Source: a virus. From it: 64,000 nucleotides of DNA. The DNA lies in IMG/VR virus record IMGVR_UViG_3300032315_001390, positions 2,417 to 66,416 of that record; one strand, written 5' to 3'. The notes under the pieces are model-generated. The model ran no database searches and was not told the DNA's origin. It saw nothing but the letters and a program-made list of their open reading frames with translations. This document shows, in pieces, positions 1 through 11,067 of the stretch (the stretch's first letter is position 1; each line of letters begins with the position of its first letter). The position numbers and the translations under genes are program-made.

Positions 1-330
1 GAAAATGGTCAATTACAAATTTGGACAGCGGAGATGTGGTCAATACTTTGGAATCAGTGGTTTATGGACAAAGAAGTCAAGATATCAAATGAACTAAATT
101 TTTGTTGGGCTAGTGATAAAATTACAAACTGTGAAAATAAAAAGATATTTCATTGTGCAGGGGTTGTGGAAGATATGAGAATGAACAGTTTTTATAAAGG
201 TGATTTTATTGATAGTAATCCATTAACATTATTAAAAAACAACATAAATTTCTTCGATTTTATTGATAAAGATTCCGCAACTAATTTATATGTTGAATGG
301 ATGAAAAGTGTTGCAAAAAAACTAACTTGA
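1..330 (+). CDS. hypothetical protein, 5'-partial (C-terminal fragment; frame open to window start)
   Basis: ORF 34..330 in frame 1; no stop upstream back to position 1, so the gene probably starts outside the window. Confidence 0.3.
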   Translation, partial: ENGQLQIWTAEMWSILWNQWFMDKEVKISNELNFCWASDKITNCENKKIFHCAGVVEDMRMNSFYKGDFIDSNPLTLLKNNINFFDFIDKDSATNLYVEWMKSVAKKLT

Positions 331-344
331 ATTATTTATAGACA

Positions 345-2447
345 ATGGCTTTTTCATATTCCTTAAGTGCTTGTTGTCAAAATGGGTTAACGTTTAATGT
401 TACCACAAGTGATGTTTTACCTTCACTTAATAGATTCGCATGTATACAAACTGTACAATATTCTGGTTGTGCTCAAGTTATAACTTATAATTCATCGTTT
501 ACAAAGTACGATTATCAATCAGTATCACCTTATGTTTTTGAAAGTTGTGACGATTGTTATTCCTTTTGTAATTGTTCTCCTTCATGCAATACATGTTATG
601 AATATGAGGTAATATCTGCAGGTGAAACGACTGTAAGTTTTACAGATTGTACAGGGTATCCTAGACAAATTTATTTAGGACCATCAACCACTGAGTATAT
701 TTGTGCTAAACAGGGAAGTGTTACAAGTGTAGGGTCGACAATAAATCAACTTTCACCTTGTTCTTTTGCTCCATTCTCAACCATATGTGGAAAATTTAGT
801 GGAACATCGTCAGCTATCGGTGTTACAATTGAGTATCAAGATTGTTTCTCGGGAGCTAACGTAAGTAATAAAACGATTACAGTCCAATATGGACCATCCA
901 CAGAAATCGCATATTGTGCAAGTGTTCAGGGAACTGTCATAGAAGGTAGTTTAGATTCGGATGCAGGAAGAATCGCAAATTGTGACTGTGAAGTTATTTC
1001 GGTTACACCTACACCCACACCAACCAATACTACGACACCGACTAATACAGCGACAAATACTCCAACTCCTTCAATTACTCCCACGAATACAATAACTCCT
1101 ACTGTAACTAGAACACAAGCGCCTACACCTACACCTACACCGACATTTGATCCTGTATTTGACATATATTTGTTTCAACCTTGTTGTGGTCAACCAAATA
1201 TCAGGTTTACTAATCTTAATGGTACGCCAATAGTAGGACAAGTTTTTAATATTGTTGATAGTCCAGATTTTCAAGGATGCGCTGAGTTAATACCATACAA
1301 AGCCGAAGGATCAATTTACTCAGGAAAAGGAGTTCAGTTTAATGAGGTTGTAACTTGTGAAAGTGAATTTTGTATTTGTCCAACTCCGACACCAACACCA
1401 ACAGTAGTTTGTAAATGTAATAACTATAACATTTTTAATGGTGGTGTATCGGGTTATTTTTCGTATACTGACTGTGATAATAGTTTCAGAACGGTTTACC
1501 TTGAAAAAGGTGCTACAGTTGCTATATGTTCTTGTTCTGATAAAAGTTTAATATTGCCTCAATATTTTACCTATGTTTTAGTAGGACCATGTCAAGTACC
1601 AAGTTCAACACCGCCTCCTACTCCGACTCAGACACCTTCTAATTCAGCGGCACCATCTTTATGTCCTATCACAGGGTTTTGTTTGAACAGTTATTTTTCA
1701 TCAATAGAAATTTATGATGGAAATTATTACGCAGCACCAGGGACATACAATTCGAGAACATATTATACGGGTACTACAGGTGCTTACATATATTATAATA
1801 CAGGTACTACGACTTGGTGTTTGTCAACAATTATTGGTGGGAATTGTATTTTATTCGGATCCACACCGTGTAATGGACCGTGTCCTGATTTTGGTAGTTC
1901 ATATTTCTCAAGTGGTGGATGTTTAACTACGACAACTACAACATCTGGTTGTGAGACGTTTGATTTCGAAGGGTATTTTGATTGTGCACCGACTGCGATT
2001 ACACCAACGATATCGGCAACTATGACACCGACCCCTACTATGACGATGACACCAAGCTCGACTAACTATTGTTTTTCGTATAATAGTGATGTTAGTTTCA
2101 GTTCTTATACTTCAACAACTACAACAAGTACTACAACTACTACGACAATCAACCGAGATTTATTAGTAACAGGTGAAGAGAATTTTATGTTAATAAGTAC
2201 TTTATTTCTTAGTCCTGGTCAGTGTTTTTGGTTTAGATTATGTGATAGTTTAGTAGATTATTACATACAACCGTCAGATTTGTTTGATGATGTAAACTTA
2301 ATAATAGATCAGGTATATGATATGAACATAAATGGAGTGAGATATTGTTATACATTCTTGGGAGCGATAACAGCATCTCCAAATGCATTTACCACTCAAA
2401 TAAACAGTAATTATGTCAATTGTGCGACATGTATAAGTAATTTGTAA
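345..2447 (+). CDS. Cys-rich modular protein with Pro-Thr linkers (putative virion surface, fibre or adhesin protein)
   Basis: 700-aa ORF; several TPTPTPT linkers separate Cys-rich modules (e.g. CYEYEVISAGETTVSFTDC...TEYICAKQGSV). The same module types recur in 2674..6579 and 34399..40539. Confidence 0.6.
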   Translation: MAFSYSLSACCQNGLTFNVTTSDVLPSLNRFACIQTVQYSGCAQVITYNSSFTKYDYQSVSPYVFESCDDCYSFCNCSPSCNTCYEYEVISAGETTVSFTDCTGYPRQIYLGPSTTEYICAKQGSVTSVGSTINQLSPCSFAPFSTICGKFSGTSSAIGVTIEYQDCFSGANVSNKTITVQYGPSTEIAYCASVQGTVIEGSLDSDAGRIANCDCEVISVTPTPTPTNTTTPTNTATNTPTPSITPTNTITPTVTRTQAPTPTPTPTFDPVFDIYLFQPCCGQPNIRFTNLNGTPIVGQVFNIVDSPDFQGCAELIPYKAEGSIYSGKGVQFNEVVTCESEFCICPTPTPTPTVVCKCNNYNIFNGGVSGYFSYTDCDNSFRTVYLEKGATVAICSCSDKSLILPQYFTYVLVGPCQVPSSTPPPTPTQTPSNSAAPSLCPITGFCLNSYFSSIEIYDGNYYAAPGTYNSRTYYTGTTGAYIYYNTGTTTWCLSTIIGGNCILFGSTPCNGPCPDFGSSYFSSGGCLTTTTTTSGCETFDFEGYFDCAPTAITPTISATMTPTPTMTMTPSSTNYCFSYNSDVSFSSYTSTTTTSTTTTTTINRDLLVTGEENFMLISTLFLSPGQCFWFRLCDSLVDYYIQPSDLFDDVNLIIDQVYDMNINGVRYCYTFLGAITASPNAFTTQINSNYVNCATCISNL

Positions 2448-2454
2448 TAAGACT

Positions 2455-2670
2455 ATGCCTATCCAAATAACCATAAACGCAATGACAGGGTCAAGCCCTT
2501 ATGATGTTTATTTATGTGATTCTCAAATAATTAATTGTTTTTACATAACAACAATAACAAGTTTACCGTATGTTTTTGATGTTCCACCACCTTTGGATAG
2601 TCAAGCGTCTGCTTGTGTCAAAATAGTTGATAACCTAAATTGTGAAACATATACCTGTCAAACTTTTTAA
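2455..2670 (+). CDS. small Cys-rich hypothetical protein
   Basis: 71-aa ORF sitting between two giant Cys-rich genes. Confidence 0.3.
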   Translation: MPIQITINAMTGSSPYDVYLCDSQIINCFYITTITSLPYVFDVPPPLDSQASACVKIVDNLNCETYTCQTF

Positions 2671-2673
2671 CAA

Positions 2674-5600
2674 ATGGCAATTCAAACTAAAGTATTTAAT
2701 AACTGTTTAAATTCATCTGATACTCAGGTATTTCAGTATAACGATTTATTGTTTGTACCTGGAAGTGTGGTATCACAAAATGGTAATTGTTATAAAGATA
2801 CCTTAGTGAATTCTAACTTGGTAGCGACATTTAATATAACTTCCTCAGGGTTTACATCGTGTCAAGAGTGTTTGACAACCACTATGACTGGGCTAGTAAT
2901 TTCTAGTTGTACAAATTCAATTTTATCATATATCACTATACCTAATGATGAGGTTCCTCCGATTGGATACTCTCTTTATTATCTTTCTGAGTGTTGGACA
3001 ATTATATCGGCAACAACTGAGTTTTATAACGTACAAACAAACGTCACTTCGTTTGAAGATTGTGAAACATGTACTTTATTTGGTGGTACTACTGAAAGAA
3101 ACCAAGGCGGCCCTAAAGGTCCTGGAGAACCTACAACACCCAATTGGCGTGTAGAAGAATTTGCAAATTGTTGTAACAGTAGTGATATAAAATGTTTTCA
3201 AATCGATCTTAATAGTTGGGGTAACACCGGGAATCAAATTGCTATTGACTCAACAGTTACTCCAAATGTTCTCTACTATAGGACAGGATCTTTGAATTAT
3301 AACGGAATTGCTCAAGATACTTTTGCTGTTTTTATTTTTACATCTTGTTTAAATGCCGCTAATAATGAGTTAAATTGTCCAACACTTACTCCGACCCCAA
3401 CACCAACACCCACACTTCCAATTTATCAGTACTATGGGAATACTGTACTGATTGATGGTACTCCACCATCATTCAATGAAGCTTGTAATGGTTGGTTGTA
3501 TCAAAAATCATATTATGGATCTAAACCACTAAATTTGTTAGCGGTAAATGATTATTTATACACAAGTCCGAGTCGGGGTCAATCTGATGTTGTTCAAGGA
3601 TCCAATACTGCAGTATTACCACTCGCGTCAAACTCATCAGGTAATGATATAAGATATTTTCAGGTTCGTGGCACTGGTAGAATTGCGGCAATTGTTAATT
3701 GTGTACCTATCACTTGGTATGTATATGTTTCACCTGATCAGTATACATCACCAGGGGTTTGGAGTTTTGCTGATCGTGATGATGCTTGTGATTATCCTTA
3801 TGGTTCATCGTGGGTTTATGTTTATGGTCTAAAACCTATTGATCAACTAACCACTGGCGATATATTGTATAATACACAATCCCTTAATAATCCAAGAGTT
3901 AGGATAGGATCAGGTCCTTTACAATACCAACCTATGTTCACTTGGGATAGTAATACTCAAACAACAACAGGTCTTAAATATTTAGTACAATATGCTGGAG
4001 GAGCTAATGGGGCGATACAAACTATAGACACATGTGATAATCTTTTCCCCCCGACAACTCCCACACCAACGCCAACATCAACTGGATGTCCAGCAATCAA
4101 GGTCGAATGTAATTCGTTTCAACTGAGGGCTGTTGGAAATACATCAGTAACATTCCGTTACAATCGATGTACGACAAGTGGTATTGACTATGATTTTGAG
4201 ATAACTGTTGCTGCATATGGTGTTGAACCTGTTTGTAGTCAAAATACACCAATTTATGTTTCAGGTGGTCCGTATTCCATAAGTCCTCAGGGGTCTATTT
4301 GTTTAATATTATGTATTGACCCAACACCAACTCCAACAAATACTGTGACCCCTTCAATTACTCCAACTAATACTATAACACCTACACAAAGTCGTAGTTT
4401 TGGAGCAACTCCACTACCTACGGAATCACCCACACCTACAAACACTCAAACACCCACAACTACTACTACTCCGACACCAACGACACCATCTATAACACCA
4501 TCTATTACACCATCAATAACCCCCTCTAATAGTCGAGCGGCAACTACAACTACAACTAGACCACCAGCTATTAATGAGTGTGGATTGGTGACAGTACAAC
4601 CTATGGGGGTTACTTGTACTGTTATAAATCCAACGGTTTCGGGTGGTTTAGCCACAGCAATTTTAAATGTTACTGGTGGTACTGGTCCTTACGATTATCT
4701 TTGGGATGATGGATCCACTACTTCTTATCTTACTAATTTGGTAGCAGGTACTTATGAAGTGACCGTATCAGATTATTTCAGTGATTATGTCATCAGAACT
4801 TTTTGTGTAGTGTCATCCGCACCATCGACACCAACTCAGACACCCACACCTACAATAACACCTACAATAGGACTATCACCTACTAACACGCCTACATCTA
4901 CGTTAACACCGACACCATCATCAACTCCACCACTTATATTATGCGCAACTTTCTCACTTAAAGATTCAACAGGTGTTGTTCGGTACGAACAATATCAATT
5001 TAATTTTAATACGATCATTGCAGGATCATATTCTTGGACGGCAAACACTTCACAAAATTATTTGACAAACACAGGATTTCTTTTACTTAGTTTTGGGGGT
5101 GGACCAAGTGGGGTTTGGTCAATAAGTCAGGTTTTAAACACGAACAACATCGAATGGTTTTTTACAGTACAAACATCTGTTGCTTCGAATATTGTACCGA
5201 CAAAAGGTTGGTACATCAATGGGAATACCACTTATATTGATAGTTTTAACAGAACAAATGTCATACAAAGTGTACAAGTAGAATCGGGAACTTGTAAAGT
5301 AATTACTTTGAATGCAACATTGACTAGTGTGAATGCGACTTGTCCTCAATATTCAGACGGCAGTATTACAGTTGTTGCTAATGGTGGAACACTACCATAC
5401 ACTTATTCATTGGATAGTTTTAATTACACTCCGAATAATACCTTTTTAAATCTTTCTAGTGGCTTTTACACTGTTTATGTTAAAGATAGTGATACGACAC
5501 CACAAATATTTTCAGAATCTATAATTGTGGACACGGTATACTCACAACCACAACCAACAAATTTAACCTTCAGAAGAGTTAATTTTGTACCAGGTTCAAA

Positions 5601-6579
5601 TAATAATCAACCTACAATAATCGATGAGTTCTCACAATATGAATTAAATTTAAATGGATTATCAAATGGAGTTAGTTTATCAACATTCGATTTGAATTTA
5701 CAAATTCAAAATATCACCAAACAACCTGGTGTAACAAATGCTAACGGTACCACAGTAAGGGTCTCGGTAAATAATACTCAAATATTCTTTACGAGTATTA
5801 CTCAGTCAACATTATGGACTCAAACCAATTCACAACTCCGTGGTAACACAGCATGTCCAACCGACCTCACAATCACAAAACAAATAATAACAACTATCCC
5901 TGTTGTTCAATTACTCGGTCAAAATTTGAATAGGACGGACAATGTTGTTGTTGAAATTACAAATAAAGCTCAAATAGTAACACCTTCGCCACAACGTACT
6001 TGTCCTACTGAATTGACAAACACAATAATCCTTTCGTCAATATATGCAACCTTCGGTCCAACGCAAATATGTTTTCCTTTGGTTGGTAATCCGAGCATAA
6101 GTGAAAATGCATTTAGGACGGCTGCACAGTCAATAAGTCCAACATACACGGGTAATTGGACAGTACAAGTAGCAGGTATAGCGACATGTGTGGAAATACT
6201 GAGCGTAAAAACTTCTGGAATGGACGATTCAACATCTTTGAGATTTGATTGTAATAACCAAGTGGGTAGTGTACCTAACCCATTCACATCTTCCTCAGTT
6301 TCTACAAATCAAACTTCGATTGTTTCACCTCCTAATGCACCTTCTTGTGGTGATTCTATTATATGGGTTAATCCAGAAACGTTCACGATAAATTATTTTG
6401 TAAATAGTCCATGTACTCAATGTTCAGGTAATTATGAACTTAGCTTATCAGTCAATAATACTGGAGTTCTTGTGAGTTCTACAATCCCTATGGTACCTGG
6501 TAATGGACTTGTGACTTTCGATAACATAGTAATAAACAGCAATAGTATAGTAACAATCAAAATTGATTGTATAATTTAA
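2674..6579 (+). CDS. giant Cys-rich modular protein with PT/TPS linkers (putative structural, host-recognition protein)
   Basis: 1301-aa ORF; linker [24 protein letters not shown] is shared with the 2046-aa minus-strand protein; beta-rich T/S/N-rich segments. Confidence 0.65.
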   Translation: MAIQTKVFNNCLNSSDTQVFQYNDLLFVPGSVVSQNGNCYKDTLVNSNLVATFNITSSGFTSCQECLTTTMTGLVISSCTNSILSYITIPNDEVPPIGYSLYYLSECWTIISATTEFYNVQTNVTSFEDCETCTLFGGTTERNQGGPKGPGEPTTPNWRVEEFANCCNSSDIKCFQIDLNSWGNTGNQIAIDSTVTPNVLYYRTGSLNYNGIAQDTFAVFIFTSCLNAANNELNCPTLTPTPTPTPTLPIYQYYGNTVLIDGTPPSFNEACNGWLYQKSYYGSKPLNLLAVNDYLYTSPSRGQSDVVQGSNTAVLPLASNSSGNDIRYFQVRGTGRIAAIVNCVPITWYVYVSPDQYTSPGVWSFADRDDACDYPYGSSWVYVYGLKPIDQLTTGDILYNTQSLNNPRVRIGSGPLQYQPMFTWDSNTQTTTGLKYLVQYAGGANGAIQTIDTCDNLFPPTTPTPTPTSTGCPAIKVECNSFQLRAVGNTSVTFRYNRCTTSGIDYDFEITVAAYGVEPVCSQNTPIYVSGGPYSISPQGSICLILCIDPTPTPTNTVTPSITPTNTITPTQSRSFGATPLPTESPTPTNTQTPTTTTTPTPTTPSITPSITPSITPSNSRAATTTTTRPPAINECGLVTVQPMGVTCTVINPTVSGGLATAILNVTGGTGPYDYLWDDGSTTSYLTNLVAGTYEVTVSDYFSDYVIRTFCVVSSAPSTPTQTPTPTITPTIGLSPTNTPTSTLTPTPSSTPPLILCATFSLKDSTGVVRYEQYQFNFNTIIAGSYSWTANTSQNYLTNTGFLLLSFGGGPSGVWSISQVLNTNNIEWFFTVQTSVASNIVPTKGWYINGNTTYIDSFNRTNVIQSVQVESGTCKVITLNATLTSVNATCPQYSDGSITVVANGGTLPYTYSLDSFNYTPNNTFLNLSSGFYTVYVKDSDTTPQIFSESIIVDTVYSQPQPTNLTFRRVNFVPGSNNNQPTIIDEFSQYELNLNGLSNGVSLSTFDLNLQIQNITKQPGVTNANGTTVRVSVNNTQIFFTSITQSTLWTQTNSQLRGNTACPTDLTITKQIITTIPVVQLLGQNLNRTDNVVVEITNKAQIVTPSPQRTCPTELTNTIILSSIYATFGPTQICFPLVGNPSISENAFRTAAQSISPTYTGNWTVQVAGIATCVEILSVKTSGMDDSTSLRFDCNNQVGSVPNPFTSSSVSTNQTSIVSPPNAPSCGDSIIWVNPETFTINYFVNSPCTQCSGNYELSLSVNNTGVLVSSTIPMVPGNGLVTFDNIVINSNSIVTIKIDCII

Positions 6580-6589
6580 ATTTACAGAA

Positions 6590-8752
6590 ATGGGATACAT
6601 CATTAAAAATACTTCAGGATTAATCAACACACAAATCACAGATACGGGTAGAAAATATCTGTCACAAGGTAATTTCAACATTGCATATTTTCAGGTCGGA
6701 GACTCAGAGGTTTGTTACACAGGCGGATCCACCATACCAAATGGATTTATTTTTGAAGCGGATTATAACGCTCAAAACTCAACAGGTTATCCACAATCAA
6801 ACAGAGAATATATCAAATATCCTTATTACTTAGAAGGTACTTCAGGTAACACTTTTGGTATTCCGACTGATTTGTCAGCAGAAGTGTTGATTTTTAACTA
6901 CACCGATATGTTAGGTTTTTTTGTTAGTGGTGGTTCAAATACCTATACCGTAAATGGAAACACAGGTTATACTATATCATCAAATTACGTATTCGATTTG
7001 TCTACTTTGACAGGCGGTTATACTGTTACTTTATCTAGTAATATTTGCGTAACAAGTATTGGAATACCCACTTTAAATGATTTTGTAACATTGTATTTTG
7101 ATTTTACAGCACCCTGTGGTAGTTTAGACAATTTTATGATTTTAACATATAGAATATTGAGTGTAGATAATCTTGGTGGAGGTAGTTATGAGATTACCTT
7201 AGATCGTACTGTACCTGATTTCTCAACAGTCCCACTTTGTCCTGGTCAAGGTAGAGCCTATTTGTATCCCGAGTTCATGACCGATCTATATGATGTGACA
7301 GTTCCAACAAACTATTTCGCCTCACCATGTGCAACAACACCACAAGTTAACATTTGGAATATGAACATACCTTGGAGTGAAAGCCCAGCAGGTTTGATTG
7401 AAACTAGTTATCAAGGTTACACCTATTTTGGGTCAATCAATTACATAGGTAGTAAAGAATACTTAGGATATCAAACTGATAGTGGTCAATATTTTGTGGA
7501 TAGTTCAGGAGTAACAGCTACAACGGATTCATTCTATTTCAATTCATTAGGAGATAGAATTGATGTAAAACCGTCTGAACAAAAAGCAATAGCTATAGTT
7601 AGTTATACAAATCAAAGTATTAACAATTATTATGGAGAAAAGTTTGCAGTTGAACCTTTTGATCCGTCAATTCCTGGTCAAGAAGGGCAAGCAAGAAATC
7701 TTAAAGTTGTATTACCAACACTTATGTGGCATAAATCTACAGGTGGTACAATCGGAGAAACATTTTACATCGATCCACCAGGGTTTAATCTACTATCACC
7801 ATCTTATATGGAAAGTACTAAAAACTCTGATTTTAATACCCCTGGTATGAGATACTACCATTTATGGGACACAAACGCAAACCCAAATGGTATCCCAAAC
7901 AGAGTTGGTAAAGTTTACCCTGATTCTAAAATAGTAGTATTTGACGATGAAGAAATCGTAGCAGCAATGTCCTATAAATCAAACCGAAATTGGACTTTAC
8001 CAGCCCCACAACTTAATTTATTAGCACCGAACTTGTGTACAGGTGATATTGATTCTGTTGGTATTTTGACAGACAACACTCAAACCCTTTATTTAACTTA
8101 TAGGTTTGATTCTACTGCATATACTCAATCGTTACACTGTAACTATTATTCGAAAATTGTGGGTCCCACGGGAACAACACAACCAATGAATGTTGCTTTG
8201 AGGTTTGGAAATGAGTTTCCATTCTTAAGTGAAGGGTGTTACGGTTTTCATGCAAATAGTATGAAAATATTAGTTCAAATTGTTACTACAGGATTTAAAC
8301 CATTACCCAATGGTTGGACAGAAATCGATGTTACTTCGGATCTTGTAGGTACATTAGTTGATGGGTATATTGTACAATCAGGTATTACAAATACAACTTT
8401 CGTAATTAGTTTGAATGATTTTACAGGGGGAACAAGATATAATTTAGCAAATTATATCAATCTCCCAACTCTTGGAACAAATAACGGATTGAATTTTGGC
8501 GATGAGTATTATTTCTATGGAAACTTTATTACTGATATCGAGGCAACGATTTATGAAATGAAATATGGTATCAATTTGTCAAATCAACAATTTACAAACA
8601 CCTCAAATCCAACAAGTACTGGTACAACAAATAACTATTTAACTGAAATTGGTCTTTATAATTTACAGAAAGAACTTATGATTTTATCAAAATTACAGTA
8701 TCCAGTTTTAAGACAAGGATTGCAACAATTTTTAGTAAAATATGACTTTTAA
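6590..8752 (+). CDS. large hypothetical structural-like protein (T/S/G/Y-rich)
   Basis: 720-aa ORF placed immediately after the giant gene; composition typical of fibre or baseplate proteins; no catalytic motif seen. Confidence 0.5.
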   Translation: MGYIIKNTSGLINTQITDTGRKYLSQGNFNIAYFQVGDSEVCYTGGSTIPNGFIFEADYNAQNSTGYPQSNREYIKYPYYLEGTSGNTFGIPTDLSAEVLIFNYTDMLGFFVSGGSNTYTVNGNTGYTISSNYVFDLSTLTGGYTVTLSSNICVTSIGIPTLNDFVTLYFDFTAPCGSLDNFMILTYRILSVDNLGGGSYEITLDRTVPDFSTVPLCPGQGRAYLYPEFMTDLYDVTVPTNYFASPCATTPQVNIWNMNIPWSESPAGLIETSYQGYTYFGSINYIGSKEYLGYQTDSGQYFVDSSGVTATTDSFYFNSLGDRIDVKPSEQKAIAIVSYTNQSINNYYGEKFAVEPFDPSIPGQEGQARNLKVVLPTLMWHKSTGGTIGETFYIDPPGFNLLSPSYMESTKNSDFNTPGMRYYHLWDTNANPNGIPNRVGKVYPDSKIVVFDDEEIVAAMSYKSNRNWTLPAPQLNLLAPNLCTGDIDSVGILTDNTQTLYLTYRFDSTAYTQSLHCNYYSKIVGPTGTTQPMNVALRFGNEFPFLSEGCYGFHANSMKILVQIVTTGFKPLPNGWTEIDVTSDLVGTLVDGYIVQSGITNTTFVISLNDFTGGTRYNLANYINLPTLGTNNGLNFGDEYYFYGNFITDIEATIYEMKYGINLSNQQFTNTSNPTSTGTTNNYLTEIGLYNLQKELMILSKLQYPVLRQGLQQFLVKYDF

Positions 8753-8754
8753 AA

Positions 8755-9357
8755 ATGGTAAAATCTAAATTACAAAATTCCCCAAAAGTTCTCGGACTAG
8801 ATGTGTCCACAGCAACAATTGGTTGGGCATTATTCGACATTCAATCAAAACAATTACTAGAATTAACACATATATCACCAAGACCTAAACTTCAATCAGA
8901 AGATAAAGTCGAAGAACTTATTCTAAAATCTGATGTATTCAAACTAAAGTTGGACGAATACAAAAATATGGGAATTACCAAAGTTATTATTGAGGAACCT
9001 TTACTTCATTCGAATAATATCTATACAGTTCAGACTTTGATGAGATACAATTCTTTTATTACAAAAGTAATTTATGACACATTGAATATTATTCCAGAAT
9101 TTATATCAACCTACGATTCTAGAAAATTTGCTTTTCCTGAACTTGTAAAAGAGAACGATAAAGGTAAATTTGTTTTATTTGGGGGTCTTCCAAAAGACGT
9201 GGATAAAAAACAAATTATTTGGGAACATGTTGCTAAACTAGAACCACAGATCACTTGGCAATATACTAAAAAACAAACACTCAAAAAAGAAAATTTTGAT
9301 ATGTCTGACTCGTACACTTGTGTCAGAGGATATATGAAATCAAAAAAAATTTGGTAA
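8755..9357 (+). CDS. RuvC-like (RNase H fold) Holliday-junction resolvase candidate
   Basis: N-terminal KVLGLDVSTATIGWALFD resembles the RuvC/YqgF motif I (LGIDPG..TG.A) with its catalytic Asp; sits in the recombination module. Confidence 0.4.
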   Translation: MVKSKLQNSPKVLGLDVSTATIGWALFDIQSKQLLELTHISPRPKLQSEDKVEELILKSDVFKLKLDEYKNMGITKVIIEEPLLHSNNIYTVQTLMRYNSFITKVIYDTLNIIPEFISTYDSRKFAFPELVKENDKGKFVLFGGLPKDVDKKQIIWEHVAKLEPQITWQYTKKQTLKKENFDMSDSYTCVRGYMKSKKIW

Positions 9358-9385
9358 TTCGATTTTTTTGTCGTATATTTACAGA

Positions 9386-10273
9386 ATGGAAGAATTTAAA
9401 GTAATTGTCAAATTACTTAAGGAGTTTTTAGGTAGACCAAAAAGGACTTACGAAAGTAAAAGTCAATGCAGTTTCAATTGCGTTGAGTGTGATGACGGGT
9501 CTAATAAAGGTAATTTAGAGGTTAATATTGAAAAAGGTGTGTACCATTGTTGGTCTTGTGGTATTTCAGGACCTTTGGGAAAATTAATTGAGATTCACGG
9601 AAATTTAAAAATAAAAAGAGCTTACTTACTCTTAAAACCTGAAGAACAGACTAAAACCACCGAAACCGAAAAAATTATTCTTAAATTACCTAAGGAATAC
9701 AAAAAGTTTTCAGATTCCAATCCAAGGTTTATCCCACATAGAGAAGCGTTGAATTACCTCCATTCTCGAGGAATAACGGATGAAATGATTGAAAAGTTTC
9801 AAATTGGATTTGCTTCAGATGGAGACTATTCCACTTGTATCATTATCCCGTCGTATGATAAAGACAATCATCTTAACTACTTTGTGGCAAGATCTTGGGT
9901 TAAAGGACGTGTAAAATATAAAAACCCACCAGCCGCTAAGGATAAAATTATTTTCAGGGAAAACACAATTGACTTCAAAAAGGACGTATATTTGACCGAA
10001 GGAGTATTTGATATGTTTTTTTTGGATAATGCGGTACCTCTATTAGGTAAGTTTGTGTCAGACGTTCTTATGGAACGATTGTATAATGAATGTGAGGGTG
10101 ATATACATATTTGTTTGGACGGAGATGCTTGGGACAACGCTGTCGAGATTTTCCATCAACTCAATGGTGGAAGATTGTATGGTAAAATTAAAATTGTAAA
10201 ACTTCCTAAAGACAAGGATGTTTGTGATTTACGTGGAAATATTTCTGATTATTATTTTAAACTAGTAAAATGA
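9386..10273 (+). CDS. DNA primase (zinc-ribbon + TOPRIM, T4 gp61/T7-like)
   Basis: CSFNCVECDD...HCWSCG zinc ribbon; TOPRIM motifs LTEGVFD and LDGDAWD; ATG at 9386 right after a TATATTTA promoter-like motif (the track start at 9368 is TTG). Confidence 0.7.
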   Translation: MEEFKVIVKLLKEFLGRPKRTYESKSQCSFNCVECDDGSNKGNLEVNIEKGVYHCWSCGISGPLGKLIEIHGNLKIKRAYLLLKPEEQTKTTETEKIILKLPKEYKKFSDSNPRFIPHREALNYLHSRGITDEMIEKFQIGFASDGDYSTCIIIPSYDKDNHLNYFVARSWVKGRVKYKNPPAAKDKIIFRENTIDFKKDVYLTEGVFDMFFLDNAVPLLGKFVSDVLMERLYNECEGDIHICLDGDAWDNAVEIFHQLNGGRLYGKIKIVKLPKDKDVCDLRGNISDYYFKLVK

Positions 10274-11046
10274 CATTTGATTTTTTAGAACTTGCAAAAT
10301 TTAATGACGTAAAATACTACGATGCTGAGCACAAGTATTACGTTGGAAATACTGAATTTATTTCAGCAACTACATTTATTGGTAAATTTAAACCAAAATT
10401 TGAAACTCAGAGAATTGCTGAGGAGTATGCTAACAAGAGGGGTTTGGATGTAAACTCTGTAATCGCGGAATGGGATCTGAAAAGAGATATATCAACCTTT
10501 AAGGGAACTTTGATTCATAGTCTAGCTGAAAACTGGTGGAATAATAAATTTTTCCCTTACAATCCAAATGAAAGTGTAAAAGAATTTGGATATGACATCA
10601 TATCTGAAAAATACGAAAAATGTAAAGATATGTTTTTCAAGTTTTACGAAGATGCTAAACAAAATCTGATACCCGTGAAAATGGAACTTGTTGTAGGTGA
10701 TCAAGAATACAAAATAGCAGGACAGGTCGACGGACTATTTTTCAACAAAAAATCCAACGAACTAGAAATATGGGATTACAAAACAAACAAAGAAATTAAG
10801 TATTCAAACGATTTTGGTCAAAAATTCCAAGACCCAATTTCACATTTGGATGTTTGTGAGTTCAATACCTATTCTTTACAGTTATCGCTTTACAAACATA
10901 TCATTCAAAAAAACACCAATTTGAAGATCGGTTCTAATTATTTGGTTTGGATAAATGAAAACATTTCAAAATACAAAGTTATTAAATGTCAAGATATGGA
11001 AGCTGAAATAAAATTGATGATTCAATCACTTGGAAAAACAAAATAA
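10270..11046 (+). CDS. PD-(D/E)XK nuclease, RecB/Cas4-like exonuclease family
   Basis: GQVDGLF...LEIWDYKT (D...E.K) followed by the YSLQLSLY (QxxxY) motif typical of the RecB nuclease domain. Confidence 0.6.
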   Translation: MTFDFLELAKFNDVKYYDAEHKYYVGNTEFISATTFIGKFKPKFETQRIAEEYANKRGLDVNSVIAEWDLKRDISTFKGTLIHSLAENWWNNKFFPYNPNESVKEFGYDIISEKYEKCKDMFFKFYEDAKQNLIPVKMELVVGDQEYKIAGQVDGLFFNKKSNELEIWDYKTNKEIKYSNDFGQKFQDPISHLDVCEFNTYSLQLSLYKHIIQKNTNLKIGSNYLVWINENISKYKVIKCQDMEAEIKLMIQSLGKTK

Positions 11047-11067
11047 TTTATTATATTTAATTTAAAA

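Noticed and set aside
926-1274. Minus-strand ORFs (926..1165, 1071..1274) rich in GVGV/CRCR inside the 345..2447 gene
   Set aside because: Mirror-image low-complexity translations of the PT-linker coding sequence on the opposite strand; no independent support.
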